This document shows, one piece after another, positions 40,731 through 52,609 of a DNA stretch of 64,000 nt; position 1 is the stretch's first letter, and every line of letters starts with the position of its first letter. A program made the translations under genes and the position numbers. Location of the stretch: positions 35,588,001-35,652,000 of the forward strand of contig OZ024753.1 of NCBI GenBank assembly GCA_964016885.1. The letters run 5' to 3'. The stretch comes from Eledone cirrhosa (Eukaryota). A model generated the notes under the pieces. That model had not been told where the DNA came from, ran no database searches, and saw only the letters and a program-made list of their open reading frames with translations.

Positions 40731-40889
40731 TATATATATATATATATGTACACATATATATATATATATATGTACACATATATATATATATATATGTACA
40801 CATATATATATATATATATATGTACACATATATATATATGTACACATATATATATATGTACACATATATATATATATATATACATATAT

Positions 40890-41090
40890 ATAGGAACCAG
40901 TAAGACCCCGACAGCTGAGCTCAAGCCGTTTCGACGGCTAATTCTGGACGCCAGAATTAGCCGTCGAAACGGCTTGAGCTCAGCTGTCGGGGTCTTACTG
41001 GTTCCTATTACCCACTCTACTACCTCAAGTATTGAGTACTTTGGTGCGTTATGGTCCACCTGGTTCCTTACCACATTTCCTTCGTTATAC
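40890..41090 (+). mobile_element. Perfect fold-back mini-element with half hammerhead; relative at 57660-57780
   Basis: 58-bp perfect arms with loop acg; GAAAC-stem-GTC; tail ...gtattgagtact; flanked by (TA)n. Confidence 0.7.
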
Positions 41091-41121
41091 ATATATATAT
41101 ATATATATACATATATATACT

Positions 41122-41171
<50 letters not shown>

Positions 41172-41204
41172 TATATATATATACATATATATATATGTAC
41201 ACAC

Positions 41205-41261
<57 letters not shown>

Positions 41262-41308
41262 CATATATATACATGTACACATATATATATATATATATAT
41301 ATATATGG

Positions 41309-41352
<44 letters not shown>

Positions 41353-41485
41353 ACACATATATGGATATATATATATATATATATATATGGACACATATAT
41401 ATATATATATATATATGGACACATATATATATATATATATGTGTGTGTGTATATATATATATATATGTGTGTGTGTATATATATA

Positions 41486-41530
<45 letters not shown>

Positions 41531-43545
41531 ACATAGCTAGGCTTCTTAGATGGTGCTGTAGCATGGCCTGGCTGTTTAGATGGAGCCGCGTGGAACGGCC
41601 AGCATACTTGGAACATTGATTTCTAAATTTCGCGCATGCGCATTCAACTCTATCCAAAGCAAGCAGAAAAAAAAAATGGCCGTCAGTTCGTAGAATCTTT
41701 CCAGCTCTACAAAAACTCTTGCTAAATAGTTTCAAAAGAGACAGTTGCAGTTTTCTGAAAGGTAACGTAGATTTTTATATTATGTTGAGATGTTTTGGTA
41801 AATATTTCTTCCTTAGTTCCCTTTATAATCAACCATTTTAACGTCAGTCTTTCTCTATTTACCGTATTTCTAATGAAATACACAGACCACGTGTTCCAAT
41901 TCATGTTGAAAATAAACAATAAAATGTAGGGATTTAATAATAAAATTCAACATGTTTCTTTTTTATTCACAAAAAATGTTTGTAGTGTATTTTTTAAAAA
42001 CTCTTGCTAGTTTTCCCTGTAACAGCTCAGTTGTCTTTAGCAAATATTTTCGATGTAGTGAAATGTTTCTTTCAAGATTGAGATCAAAGACCGTAAATTG
42101 TTCATTCGATTCTTCAGCAGTGTTAAGTATTTTGTGAAACTGTTGTAAATTAATTCAGTATTTTGGAGCAGATTCTACGGGTGTGTGTCTTCTTTGAGGT
42201 TTTCTCGGGTGCTTTAACGATAGGTCCACAGCCCAATTACCCGATCCCCGCCCACATATTCCTGAGAGGGTCGTGAAAGCAAACTCCTAAAACACTTCTT
42301 CCGGCGCGTTCAAGAGTTGTATTACACCCTGTTAAAATGTGTGTCATATATATATATAAATTGATTTAAATATTATCTAAAAGTGTTGTAAATTAATTTC
42401 AGTTTTTAAAGCATTTTAACCCACAGTATGTTCGTTCTACGGGGGTGGTTTGCAAGGTGTTTTAACAAAAGCGTCCGCAGTCTAATTACCCACCGACCCT
42501 GCACATGCACTAACATTTATATATATATATAAACTGGTCTTAAATAACCCGGTGGGTCAGGCCATTATCATGTGGAATCTTACTTTATTTTGATGTATTC
42601 CGTGTAAACAGTTTGTTTTTAGTTCCCTTCTCCGAGCTTGGGACAGAGTTTAGATATCATCAACCATTTGAACAGCCTTTTTTCTGGGACACCAACCCTC
42701 GTACTGCCCTATTTCTAACGAAATACACAGCCTATGAGCCGCGATTAATATTGAAAAATAATGAAAATTTTGAAGGAATTTAATAATGTTTTCTGATTTA
42801 GGCACAAGGCCAGCAATTTAGGGTGTGGTGGAAGTCCATTAAATTGACCCCAGTACATTACTGGTGCTTTATTTATCGACGCGATAAGGCAAGTAGTCTT
42901 GTATTCTTAGATGTTTCAAGGATGGACGGCAAAGCTAACTTCGGTAGAATTTGAACTCAGAACGTAAATGGCCGTAACTCTATGCTGTAAAGCATATTGT
43001 CCGACACTCTACCGATACTACCAATTCACAGCCGTGAAGGAATTTAATAAAACCACCTGGCTATCGTTTACTTGTTGCGTCACTTAATCTGGATAAACAT
43101 CGCCTTTGTTGTTCTTGCACGGTTATTAGAGCAGAGTTAGCTCCCCACAAGTGTGAGCCCCGCCAGTTGCAATGGCTGTTTCAGTACTTCACCCTTGCCA
43201 TTCTCCCTAGCTCCGGAACTACGAGACAGGCTGACCCTTAAGTTTCATTTATGGTGGGGCTATGTAGAACATATTTACTTAAGCATTATTATTGTATTAT
43301 TAAAAAATGAAAAATTTCTGTTTGTTTTTTATTCACAAAATTAATATTGAAACTAAACAATAAAAAGTAGAGATTTAATAATAAAATTCAACATGTTTCT
43401 TTTTTATTCACAGAAAATATATTTAGTGTATTTTGTTTTAAAACTGTTCCTAGTTTTCCCTGTAACAGCTCTGATGTCTTGAGAAAATCTTTCGGTGGAT
43501 TTAAATGTTTCTTTCAAGATTGAAATCAAAGACCGTACATTTATG
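41531..43545 (+). repeat. Left arm of ~2-kb inverted duplication
   Basis: Reverse complement of 52610-54945; ORF 41722-41919(-) translates identically to 54494-54691(+). Confidence 0.9.
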
Positions 43546-43674
43546 GTACAATTATTTCATGAAACCTACAGCTTGACAAATGTAGCCGAACACCCACTGT
43601 CATCGCCTCCATCTCTCTCGCCCTCCCCCATCTCTCTGTATTGTAAGCAAATGGGGTCACGTGCTGGCCTCCCC

Positions 43675-45400
43675 ACAGCCCCGGCGGACTAAATGGAGAA
43701 GGCGTTTCACTGGAGGATGGTAAAGGAGATGCGCTGAAAGAGCCATTCCATCTGGCGAGGCTCACACCTGCGGCTGGCCTGCTCAGGCCTATGGTGGTAA
43801 GTAGGGGGGTAGCCCTAGGGCCAAGGACACCAGAAGTCTCCACGGCCGCAAACCTGACCGATACTTGGAGAGTTTGCCCGAAGTGCAGCAGAATCTGGGT
43901 TAGTCGCAGACTGCACCAGGTTGCGGCTGGAGAAAGTGTCGTGTGAGTGACATCGCAGGTGAGGGGTTTGCCACCGCGAAACGGGAAGATGATCATACCC
44001 ACCGGCTCGAGCTGGGATGGGAAGCCTGCAGCATCCAAGCCATGCTTTATGATCTCGTTGAGGGCGGCCAGCACTGTGGCGACAGGAAATCGGGTGGAGG
44101 CCGAAAGGGTCCGTGGTGGATCCGCAGCGACAAAGTCCCAGCCGGTTCCACGTCTCGCAGGCGGCCTCACGTTCCTCGATCACTGAGGGTTCCATTGTGT
44201 TTAGGAGAACCCTGTTGACGAGAGACGCGGCATGAGGTTACCGACGAAAGAAACGCCGGCAAAGCCTGTTGCCATCCAATGTCGTCAAACTTGATGTTGC
44301 ATATCTCCACAGCTGCCGCTCTGGTACAGGTGTCGAGGTCAGCGAGGAGAGATGCGTGGCTGTAGCACGGAGCGCTGCGAAGGATATAGAGAGCCTTCGG
44401 CATGGCAAAGCAGTTCGTCAACAGGAAGAGGGCTGGGTGGGAATCAATCATGCCCAGTCGGGTCTTGAGTTGCTAGACCTGATGGTGGAGTGGATGGCCG
44501 GCGGGTGGATCGGTGACCAGAGGATGAGGACATCTTTGGGGGTCACCTGTACCTGGTGGAAAATGGACTGCACGTCCGAGACGGAGGATGCAAAGCTCTC
44601 AACATCGTGGTTGACATTCACCACCTCCGACTTGGATGAGTTGACCTGGAGGCCGATTCTCGCCAGAGCAGGAACCACCAATTGTAAGTCGTGGCAGACA
44701 GTCTCTATGGACCCGCCCAACGTAGCATCATCCATGTATCAAACGTTGTGAGGGGCCGGGTAATGTGGTCTATACCTAGAGTAAATAGGAGCGGGCCCAA
44801 AGGGTCACCCTGTTGGACCCCAGTAGCTGAAGGTATGACCGTATCAGCAGCAAGGAGCATGCTCAGCCACCGGACACACCGACACCCAGTTGCACCGGAC
44901 TCATCGCCCAGTTCAGGAGTGATGGACCTGCAGCCACCCTCTTTCTTCCTGGGAGCGGTCAGGCTAGCCGAAAAAAAGATGCCTCGGGTGTGAGGGTCCA
45001 GAGCGCCATGGATGAGCCTATTGGTGAGTGCCACAATTGCACTCAAAAGGCGGCGCCCGGTCTCAGCGGAGAGGGGGGTAACAACTTGAGGTCGCCAGGT
45101 CGGAGGCCATCAGCACCTTCACTGCTGCTGGCTGGGAAGGACCTGATAGCAAACATGATGTCTGCGTCGGAAGCTACAGGATCAGCGGGCAGCCAGGACT
45201 TCCTTGGTGTGTTGGGGGCCAGTGTCCTCCGAGGCAACTACTCTAACTGCAACCGAGACATCACCCAAGATTAGTTTGGCGTTTACGCGGTCGTGTAAAC
45301 GCTTTGCGCTGGCCTCAGGGGTAGAGAATTGGAAACACCCGAGAGCAGAGCCTGTGGCGTCCTGCAGCACACTTGGGATAGGCGCTTGCCCAAAGGTCGA
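43675..45400 (-). mobile_element. Decayed CRE-clade non-LTR retrotransposon (RT + Zn knuckle + RLE); small fragment also at ~52960-53075
   Basis: DGLRP, KKEGGCRSI, GVQQGDPLGPLLF, YMDDATLGG, GLQVNSSKSE, CRCG...HPISC, VETSGVLGP; frameshifted. Confidence 0.85.
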
Positions 45401-48329
45401 AACATTGGTTCAACCCTTCAGCAGTGCTAAATATTTTCTAAAACTGTAATCACAATTTAATATTGTTAGTTGGCGATTGTCTTGTTGCCTTAAATCCCAA
45501 AGGAAGTGGAGGTTCTCTGCAGCAGCGTATAGAAGGGGGGACGACGGTGCGTTGGCCCCGGCCATCCTTTGGGTGGTAGCATCATTTGGGGAAAAGAACT
45601 TAATAAATTTGATTGACTTATTTCAAAATCGAATAAAGCGTTTATATCGTTTCATCTGTGTTTATATATTCAAAATATTTTCCTTTCTCATAATATTTAT
45701 CAGTATATTAGGCCTTATACTTGAGTCTTTGGGGCATACAATCAAGATTTGACCCGGGCATCACCAGAGCTCTGCATGCCGCTGGTTCTCTTGTCTGTCG
45801 CGAGCCCAGAAGCTTATCCCGTAAAGTGACTGAGAGTACAAGACTCCCCCCTGGATAGGACTCCAGTCCATCACAGGGTTAACCACCCCCACCCTTATTG
45901 CTGGTACTCATTTTCAGCTGAATCATACGTAAAAACAATTGTAAATTCATTTCAGTTTTTCGATCACTTATGTTGTATGTTCATCATTGGTTAACTGTTG
46001 ATCAGTGTTTGTAAACATCGATATCGACTAACTTGTGAGTTTATTTCGCTATCATTAAGTCTAAGGTTCGATCACACCCCATGTGAAACTTGGTAGACAG
46101 AAACTGTATAGAAGTCTGTCAGTTGTAATTCAAATGGCCACTCTTATAACGCTGAATCTCCCTGAAAATTACGTATGTTCGTAATTATAGATTAACTTCT
46201 AGTTAGCATGGCCAGGCTGTTTAGATAATGCTGTAGCATGGCCAGGATACTTGGAACATGCGCACTGGGTTTCTAAATCTCGCGCTTGCGCATTCAACTC
46301 CATCCCAAACAAGAAAAAAAAAATGGCCAGTTTGTAGAATTTTACAAGCTTTATTGTTTAACAATGGATAATAGCAGCTTTCCGAAAGGTAGCGTAGATT
46401 TTTATATTATGTTGAGGTATTTTTGTAAATCTTTCCCTCTTAGTATCCTTCGTATGATCTACTGTTTAGACCTACCTAGTTGTTCTCTTATTAACGTATT
46501 CTTAACGAAATACACAATAACATGTTTCAATACATTGCGAATATAACAAAATTTAACAGATATTTTTCATTAATAAATATGCATCTAATATAGTTTTAAA
46601 ATTGTTCCTACTTCTTCCTGGGGTAGTTCCTTTGTCTTTATCAAATCCTTCTGTCGACTATTTCTCCCCATCAATATGTGGCTGTCTTGCTCCAGATCTA
46701 ACTCCCACTTAGCAATCAAAAGTTGCCCACCTCTTGCAATCTTTCCGAGCTACACACAATAAGTCCAGCTGTTCACCTTCTATGTTTTAAACCCTTTTTC
46801 TCCCATTTGACTTTGTCGATTGGGGGAAATCTTACCTTCCGTCTTGTAATGTCGTACATTTAATTCTATACACCTAAGTTTTGTTTTCGTCTTAATAGTC
46901 CAAGAACTGTATGTCTGTTCTGGTAATCAGTGTTAACAGATCGATGTCTATTAACTTTTCTCAATCATTAGGCGAGAGAGTGACATCTTAGGCAAGTGTC
47001 ATCACAACCTTCAGTTGACCCATGTCCTGTGAGTGAAATTTAGTAGACAGAGACTGTCTGTAAGCCTGTAAGATGGACTGTACCTGTAATTGAGTCAGTC
47101 TTTCTGAAACTTCAGTATTTCTTCGCTTAGTACTTACAGGGTTGGACTTAGGATCATAATGTGATAAGTTCGATTCCCGGATCGTGTTGTGTTCTTGAGG
47201 AAAACACTTCATTTCACGTGGCTCCAGTCATATCATGGGGTTACTCTGTGGTAGACTGGCGTTCTGTCCAGGTGAGGTTCCTGTATTTTCAGCTGACTCG
47301 GATAAGCTCCGGTCTAATGAGCCTCCGAGTTTGAGACAGACATTAACCTTGCAATCGACTGGTGTCCTATCCAAGGAAGTCTCTTCTCAACGTATTTCTA
47401 ATGAAATACACAGACTGTGTTCCAATTCGCGTTGAAAATAAACAATAAAATGTAGGGGATTTAATAATAAAATTCAGCATGTTTCTTTTTAATTCACAGG
47501 AAATGTATCGAGTGTATTTTTTTTAAACTCTTCCTAGTTTTAGCAAATATTTCAATGTATTTTAATGCTTTTTTTCAAGATTGAGATCAAAGACCTTAAA
47601 TTGTTGATTCAATTCTTCAACAGTGCTAAATATTTTCTGAAACTGTTTTAAATTCATTTTGTATTCTGGAGCAGCATCTCGGTATATGTGTCTCATGAGG
47701 TTTTCTCGGATGTTTTAACGATAGGGTCCACAGCGCAGTTATTCAATCCCCACAATTACACACATATATGTTAGGTAAGTCCGTAATTAGAGTTACAAGC
47801 GATGTGAATGTGTTTTTGCTCATATAAACTCGCATATCTGATGAGGTAGAGCCGGGCCCCGGTCCGATATCGCTACGATTGCAATATGCCAATAAAGTTT
47901 ATATATATGCTGGAATTGGCTTCGATCCTGCTTATATATATATATATATATGAGCGAGACACGGTGATCCGACCCAACTTGCCTCTAAATGGGACCAACC
48001 CGTGCTAGCGTGGAAGATAGACGTTAAACGATGATGATGATATATATATATAGGCTCAATTATGTCCTCAGGTGCCTCACATCCATTCACCTTCGATGGA
48101 TATAGCCTTGGTCAGGAGGTGTTGATGTCAACTGGCCGTGTCTCAACTATCCGTTCATTGGGAGTTTTGACCCTCAACCGTAACACCCTCTCGCTGGTGG
48201 GTCAGCAGTGGTGGCCAAATTACTGCCCATTATCGCCACCCAGCTTATCTCCTGCTCCAAAGTCAACAGGAGGCCTTTTATGCTACCTCCCTCATCCTGC
48301 GAACTGCAGCCGTCTTCTATCGTCGTGTT

Positions 48330-48715
48330 ATTTCAATGTGAGCCTTCTCCATACTGATTGAGCTGAGAAACCTCTGCAGCTCACCTCGACTGGAAATAGC
48401 CATACCTGCGAACCTTTCTCCCTCACTTCTGCACAAGTTCTTGATATTTGGTCTTCCTGTCACGAACGCCTGTTGAGAGTGATCCTGGGAAGGCGATGAT
48501 CCTTCATCCTAGAGACGTCTCCTGCCCAGCGTAGTTGGGACTTCAGCTTCGTGTTTAATCTTCCACACGTTAGTACAGTCTACCAAATTCACCTTTGTTA
48601 GTTTGTTGTTGATTTCCCTGTCAATCTTGGCATCCGATGTGAAGATACACCCCAGGTAGTCAAGAGAGCTGGGCAGACTCTGCGAAGCTGGAAGTAATAC
48701 GCAGTAAGGCTCTTT
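48330..48715 (-). mobile_element. Decayed RTE (BovB-like) LINE fragment; another RTE fragment at ~51935-52085(+)
   Basis: YLGCIFTSDAKIDREINNKL, QLRWAGDVSRM. Confidence 0.7.
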
Positions 48716-48729
48716 CTCTGTGATAAAAG

Positions 48730-49400
48730 CATGGACCTGCCTGTTAACGTCCCTGATATACAATATACTGTGGAAGCTGTCCCTCGATATGAGGCAGCTG
48801 TTACATCTAAGGCTGTGTTTGTCTTTTAACGCCCCTTATTTACAGTATATTGTGGTAGCTGTCTCTCCATACGACCCACAGTTACATGTAATAAAAATAA
48901 TTGGTCCGTATTTTAATGTCCCTGATATACAGTATATTGTGGTAGCTGTCCCTCGATACGGCCCACTGTCAAATCTAATATAAGTTTGGGTCTGTCTTTT
49001 AACGTCCCCGATATAGAGTACATCGTGGCAGCTGTTCCTCCTTACCGCTCACAGTTCCATCTAAGGATGGGTGTCTTTTAACGTCCCTGATATAGAGTAT
49101 ATTTTGGTAGCTGTCCTTCAATACGGCACACTGTCAAATCTAAAATAAGGTTGGGCCTGTCTTTTAACGTCCCTGATATACAGTATATTGTGGGAGCTGT
49201 TCCTCCACACGCAGACGTGTCACATCTGATATAAGGTGAGGCCTGTCTGTCCCTCCATACGGTCCTTTGTTACATCTTATATAATGTTGGGTCTGTCTGT
49301 TTCTTCATACGACCCACAATTACATCTAATATAAGGATGGGTCTGTCTTTAATGTCGCTGATATAGATTATATTGTGGTAGTTCTCCGTCCATACGGCCA
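48730..49400. repeat. Degenerate ~75-80-bp tandem repeat
   Basis: Recurrent ttttaacgtccctgatatacagtatattgtggtagctgtcc units. Confidence 0.85.
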
Positions 49401-50589
49401 CACCCTTAAACCTGGAATCCATCAAGGTACGTATTAGTCACATTTGTTTCGATATCTTTAATTATTGTAAATTAATATATGTAAACGGCATAAGTGGAAG
49501 TAATTCAGGTGTAAATATACTTTTCATTAGAAAATTGTTAATGCGTTGTTGGTCATGTGGTGACATATGTGTATTGTTGTGGTTGTCAATCGAAAACCGA
49601 TGGTAACTGTCTTGTTCTTCAATTGTGGATCATTTGGTGACTGTACATATGTCAGTCTATACCTCCTTTGGTGACTGTACAGGCAGTACATATGTCAGCG
49701 AAAGTGCTGTGTGTCACGCCTCAGTCTCTTTCCCTCTCGAAGGCTCAATGTCCTGTGGCCAAAGGCATGTAGTGTAAGTACATAAGGTCGCCAAAAAAAG
49801 CGGTTAAAAGACCTGTATAATCTTCTGTGGCTATCGCTTGTTAAAACCTCGCTGGAGGGTAAACAAAGCATTTTAAAGACGTCTAACTTCCGTCTCCATC
49901 GTACGATCTTGCAGTCACCAAAGGATCCTCAATTGTAGAGCAGCGTCACCATCGAACTTCGATAAACTACCAGAATTAAACTCCCTAAACACTCCGTTGG
50001 CAGACATCGAAAACCCCATCTTCACAGCACCACCAATGCGTTAATAATTGTCTTATGAAAAAAATATTTAAATCCAGAATTACTTCCCTTTGTTCTGTTT
50101 GCATATATTAATTTTTTTTTGATCAAAATTTTTCCAAAGTAGCCATAAGTACCACTATTTAACTCAGTAGAATTGCGGCCTTCGCGGTGGCGTGCGAACT
50201 GCGTCTCTGACTACCAGTCTCCCTATCTGGCGTTCGATTCGTAGTGGCGTACGACTGCTAACTGGGCCTGGGACTATTCGGGGCCGGCACATAGATGCAA
50301 GGCCCGTCCCTGACCACCGTGGAGAATTCTTTTTCAAAATTTCATCTAATATGCAAATGAGTTTGAAGTTCATTTACATATTAGAAAGAATCATATAGAG
50401 AGAATCTTAATTACACTCTTGAAGCTTCATTTACATATCTAATTTGTTCATTTGCATATTAGAACAAATTTCTTTTAGAAATATATTAGAGAGAATCTTA
50501 ATTACATTTTTGAAGTTTCATTTACATATTAGAAGGCTCATTTGCATATTAGAAGAAATTTTAAGAAGAACCTTAGAGGTTAATTACAT

Positions 50590-51480
50590 TCTTGGAAGAC
50601 AGTTGGATTGAACCTTCTTAACTTATTTTCTATATACTTATATTCTTGGAACTTAGATTCTTATAACCCTTGAGCTTACACTCTTGGAAGACAGTTAGTT
50701 GGATTCGAACCTTCTAACTTAGATTCTTAAAGGAGAACTTACATTCTTAGAACCCTTGAGGTTACTTACACTCTTGGAAGACAGTTGGATTCGAACCTGA
50801 GATACTTCTACATTCTAAACTTGACTCTTAGATTCTAACCCATGATACTTCTTACAACATTCTTAGATTCGAACCATTGATACTTTCTTTACATTCTAAC
50901 CCTTGATACTTTTTACTACGTTTTTGACTTACTTAGATTCGAACCTTAGATACTTTCTTTACATACTTCAATTACATTCTAACCCTTGATACTTTTTACT
51001 ACGTTTTTGACTTACTTAGATTCGAACCTTAGATACTTTCTTTACATACTTCAATTACATTCTAACCCTTGATACTTTTTACTACGTTTTTGACTTACTT
51101 AGATTCGAACCTTAGATACTTTCTTTACATTCTAACCCTTGATACTTTTTACTACGTTTTTGACTTACTAAGATTCGAACCTTAGATACTTTCTTTACAT
51201 ACTTCAAGGTTCTTATTACATTCTTGATACTTAGAACCCTTGATGGTTACTACATTCTTGGATTCGAACCCTCAATGATACTGTCTACATTCTTTAATGA
51301 TACTTACTTTTCATTCCCTTGATTGTACTTACTATTTTGGGTCGACGGTTAGATTCGAACCCTTGATAGTTCTTTCTTTAATTTTCTTTTCTCATTGTTG
51401 ATATTTTCTTTCCTTAGATTGGAATCATTGATGACATTACATTTTTGGAGCGACTGGTGGATTCGAAACCTTGATGAAGC
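50590..51480. repeat. Complex tandem array built on (g/a)gattcgaacc and ttctaaccct motifs
   Basis: Nine gattcgaacc copies; ~83-bp units at 50880-51200. Confidence 0.8.
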
Positions 51481-52609
51481 TGTTTAAAATATGTTTTACC
51501 TATCATTCCCGGAATAAATAAACAACACAAAGTATATGATAGAATTATTTTATTACAAACTTAGTTCAATCGACGGAACACTTGTGTGACTTGATATCTG
51601 TAGAGAATTAAACAATATTTTTGTCAATAAAAACACATTAAATTTTATTTTACGAAGTTCTTGTAATTTATTGTTGTTCATAATTAATTGAAAGATATTT
51701 ATATGTATCATCATTGTTTTAACGAGGAGCAAGATAAGATTTCTCCCATCGAGAAAGTCAGACTTATTGTGTCTACCTTGGAAGAGGTCAACAATCGAAA
51801 ACCACCATGTTCGATTGCTAGGGACTATTCTGGGCCGTACGCATGCGAAAAGGTAGATTTCAATATGCAAAGCATTTGCTTTACAATCGTGAGTTCGATT
51901 CTCAGACAAGACACTTTATTTCACGTTGCAGAGACTTGAAGGCATTATACAGCACAACCCATTTATTTAAGATGGGAACCTCCTCATCAAAGATCCATCA
52001 GGTATCATGAGTCGGTGGATTGAACACTCTAAAGATCTGTTTGACAACCCATCTGTAGTTGATGAGGAAATTATTAATAACAGAGATGATCCAACCTAGA
52101 TCTCAAAAGATTCTGGTTAATATTAATAACCAGAATATAGCAGTCAACATCATGTGTGACAGCAGCAAGTCCTCCAAAACGAATTTACAACAAAACACAA
52201 GGATATCATAAAGGGAACTAGAAATATACGCTATTTCGTATGGCAGAAGCTAAACAAACCTAACGTTTAAATAAGTATTGCTGACATTATGGAAAGAAAT
52301 AAACATAAAACCGTTCAACATAAAATAAAGTTTTACTTTACCTCTGTAAAAATGGTAAAAATCAAAGTTTTTTTTATTCACGTTGGAAAACATGAAGTTC
52401 TTAAAGCAGCTATTTTCTAAACAGAGTTACCTAATTACGCATGCGCCGAAAAGGTAGACAGCAATGCGCATGCGCAAAGTGTCTGAGACTCGAAATCATG
52501 ATTGTAAAGCCGAAGACTTCACAATCATCAGTTCGATTCTCAGACCGGTTTTGTAAGACTTTATTTCACGTTGTTCCAAATGTTTCTCTACAGAGAGAAA
52601 AGGAAAGGT

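Noticed and set aside
37789-41735. Long Y/I/C/V/M/H/T-rich ORFs (also at 492-746, 14747-15346 and 35765-36172)
   Set aside because: Translations of (TA)n/(TG)n microsatellites, which lack stops in several frames
47830-47890. Other hammerhead-like motifs (also ~14450-14670, 18495-18580, 28580-28620 and 58760-58835) as active ribozymes
   Set aside because: Core or stem mutations (e.g. GATA for GAAA); treated as decayed PLE remnants
50830-51145. ctaaccct motifs as telomeric repeats or a telomerase template
   Set aside because: Single isolated units within a larger minisatellite; no (TTAGGG)n run
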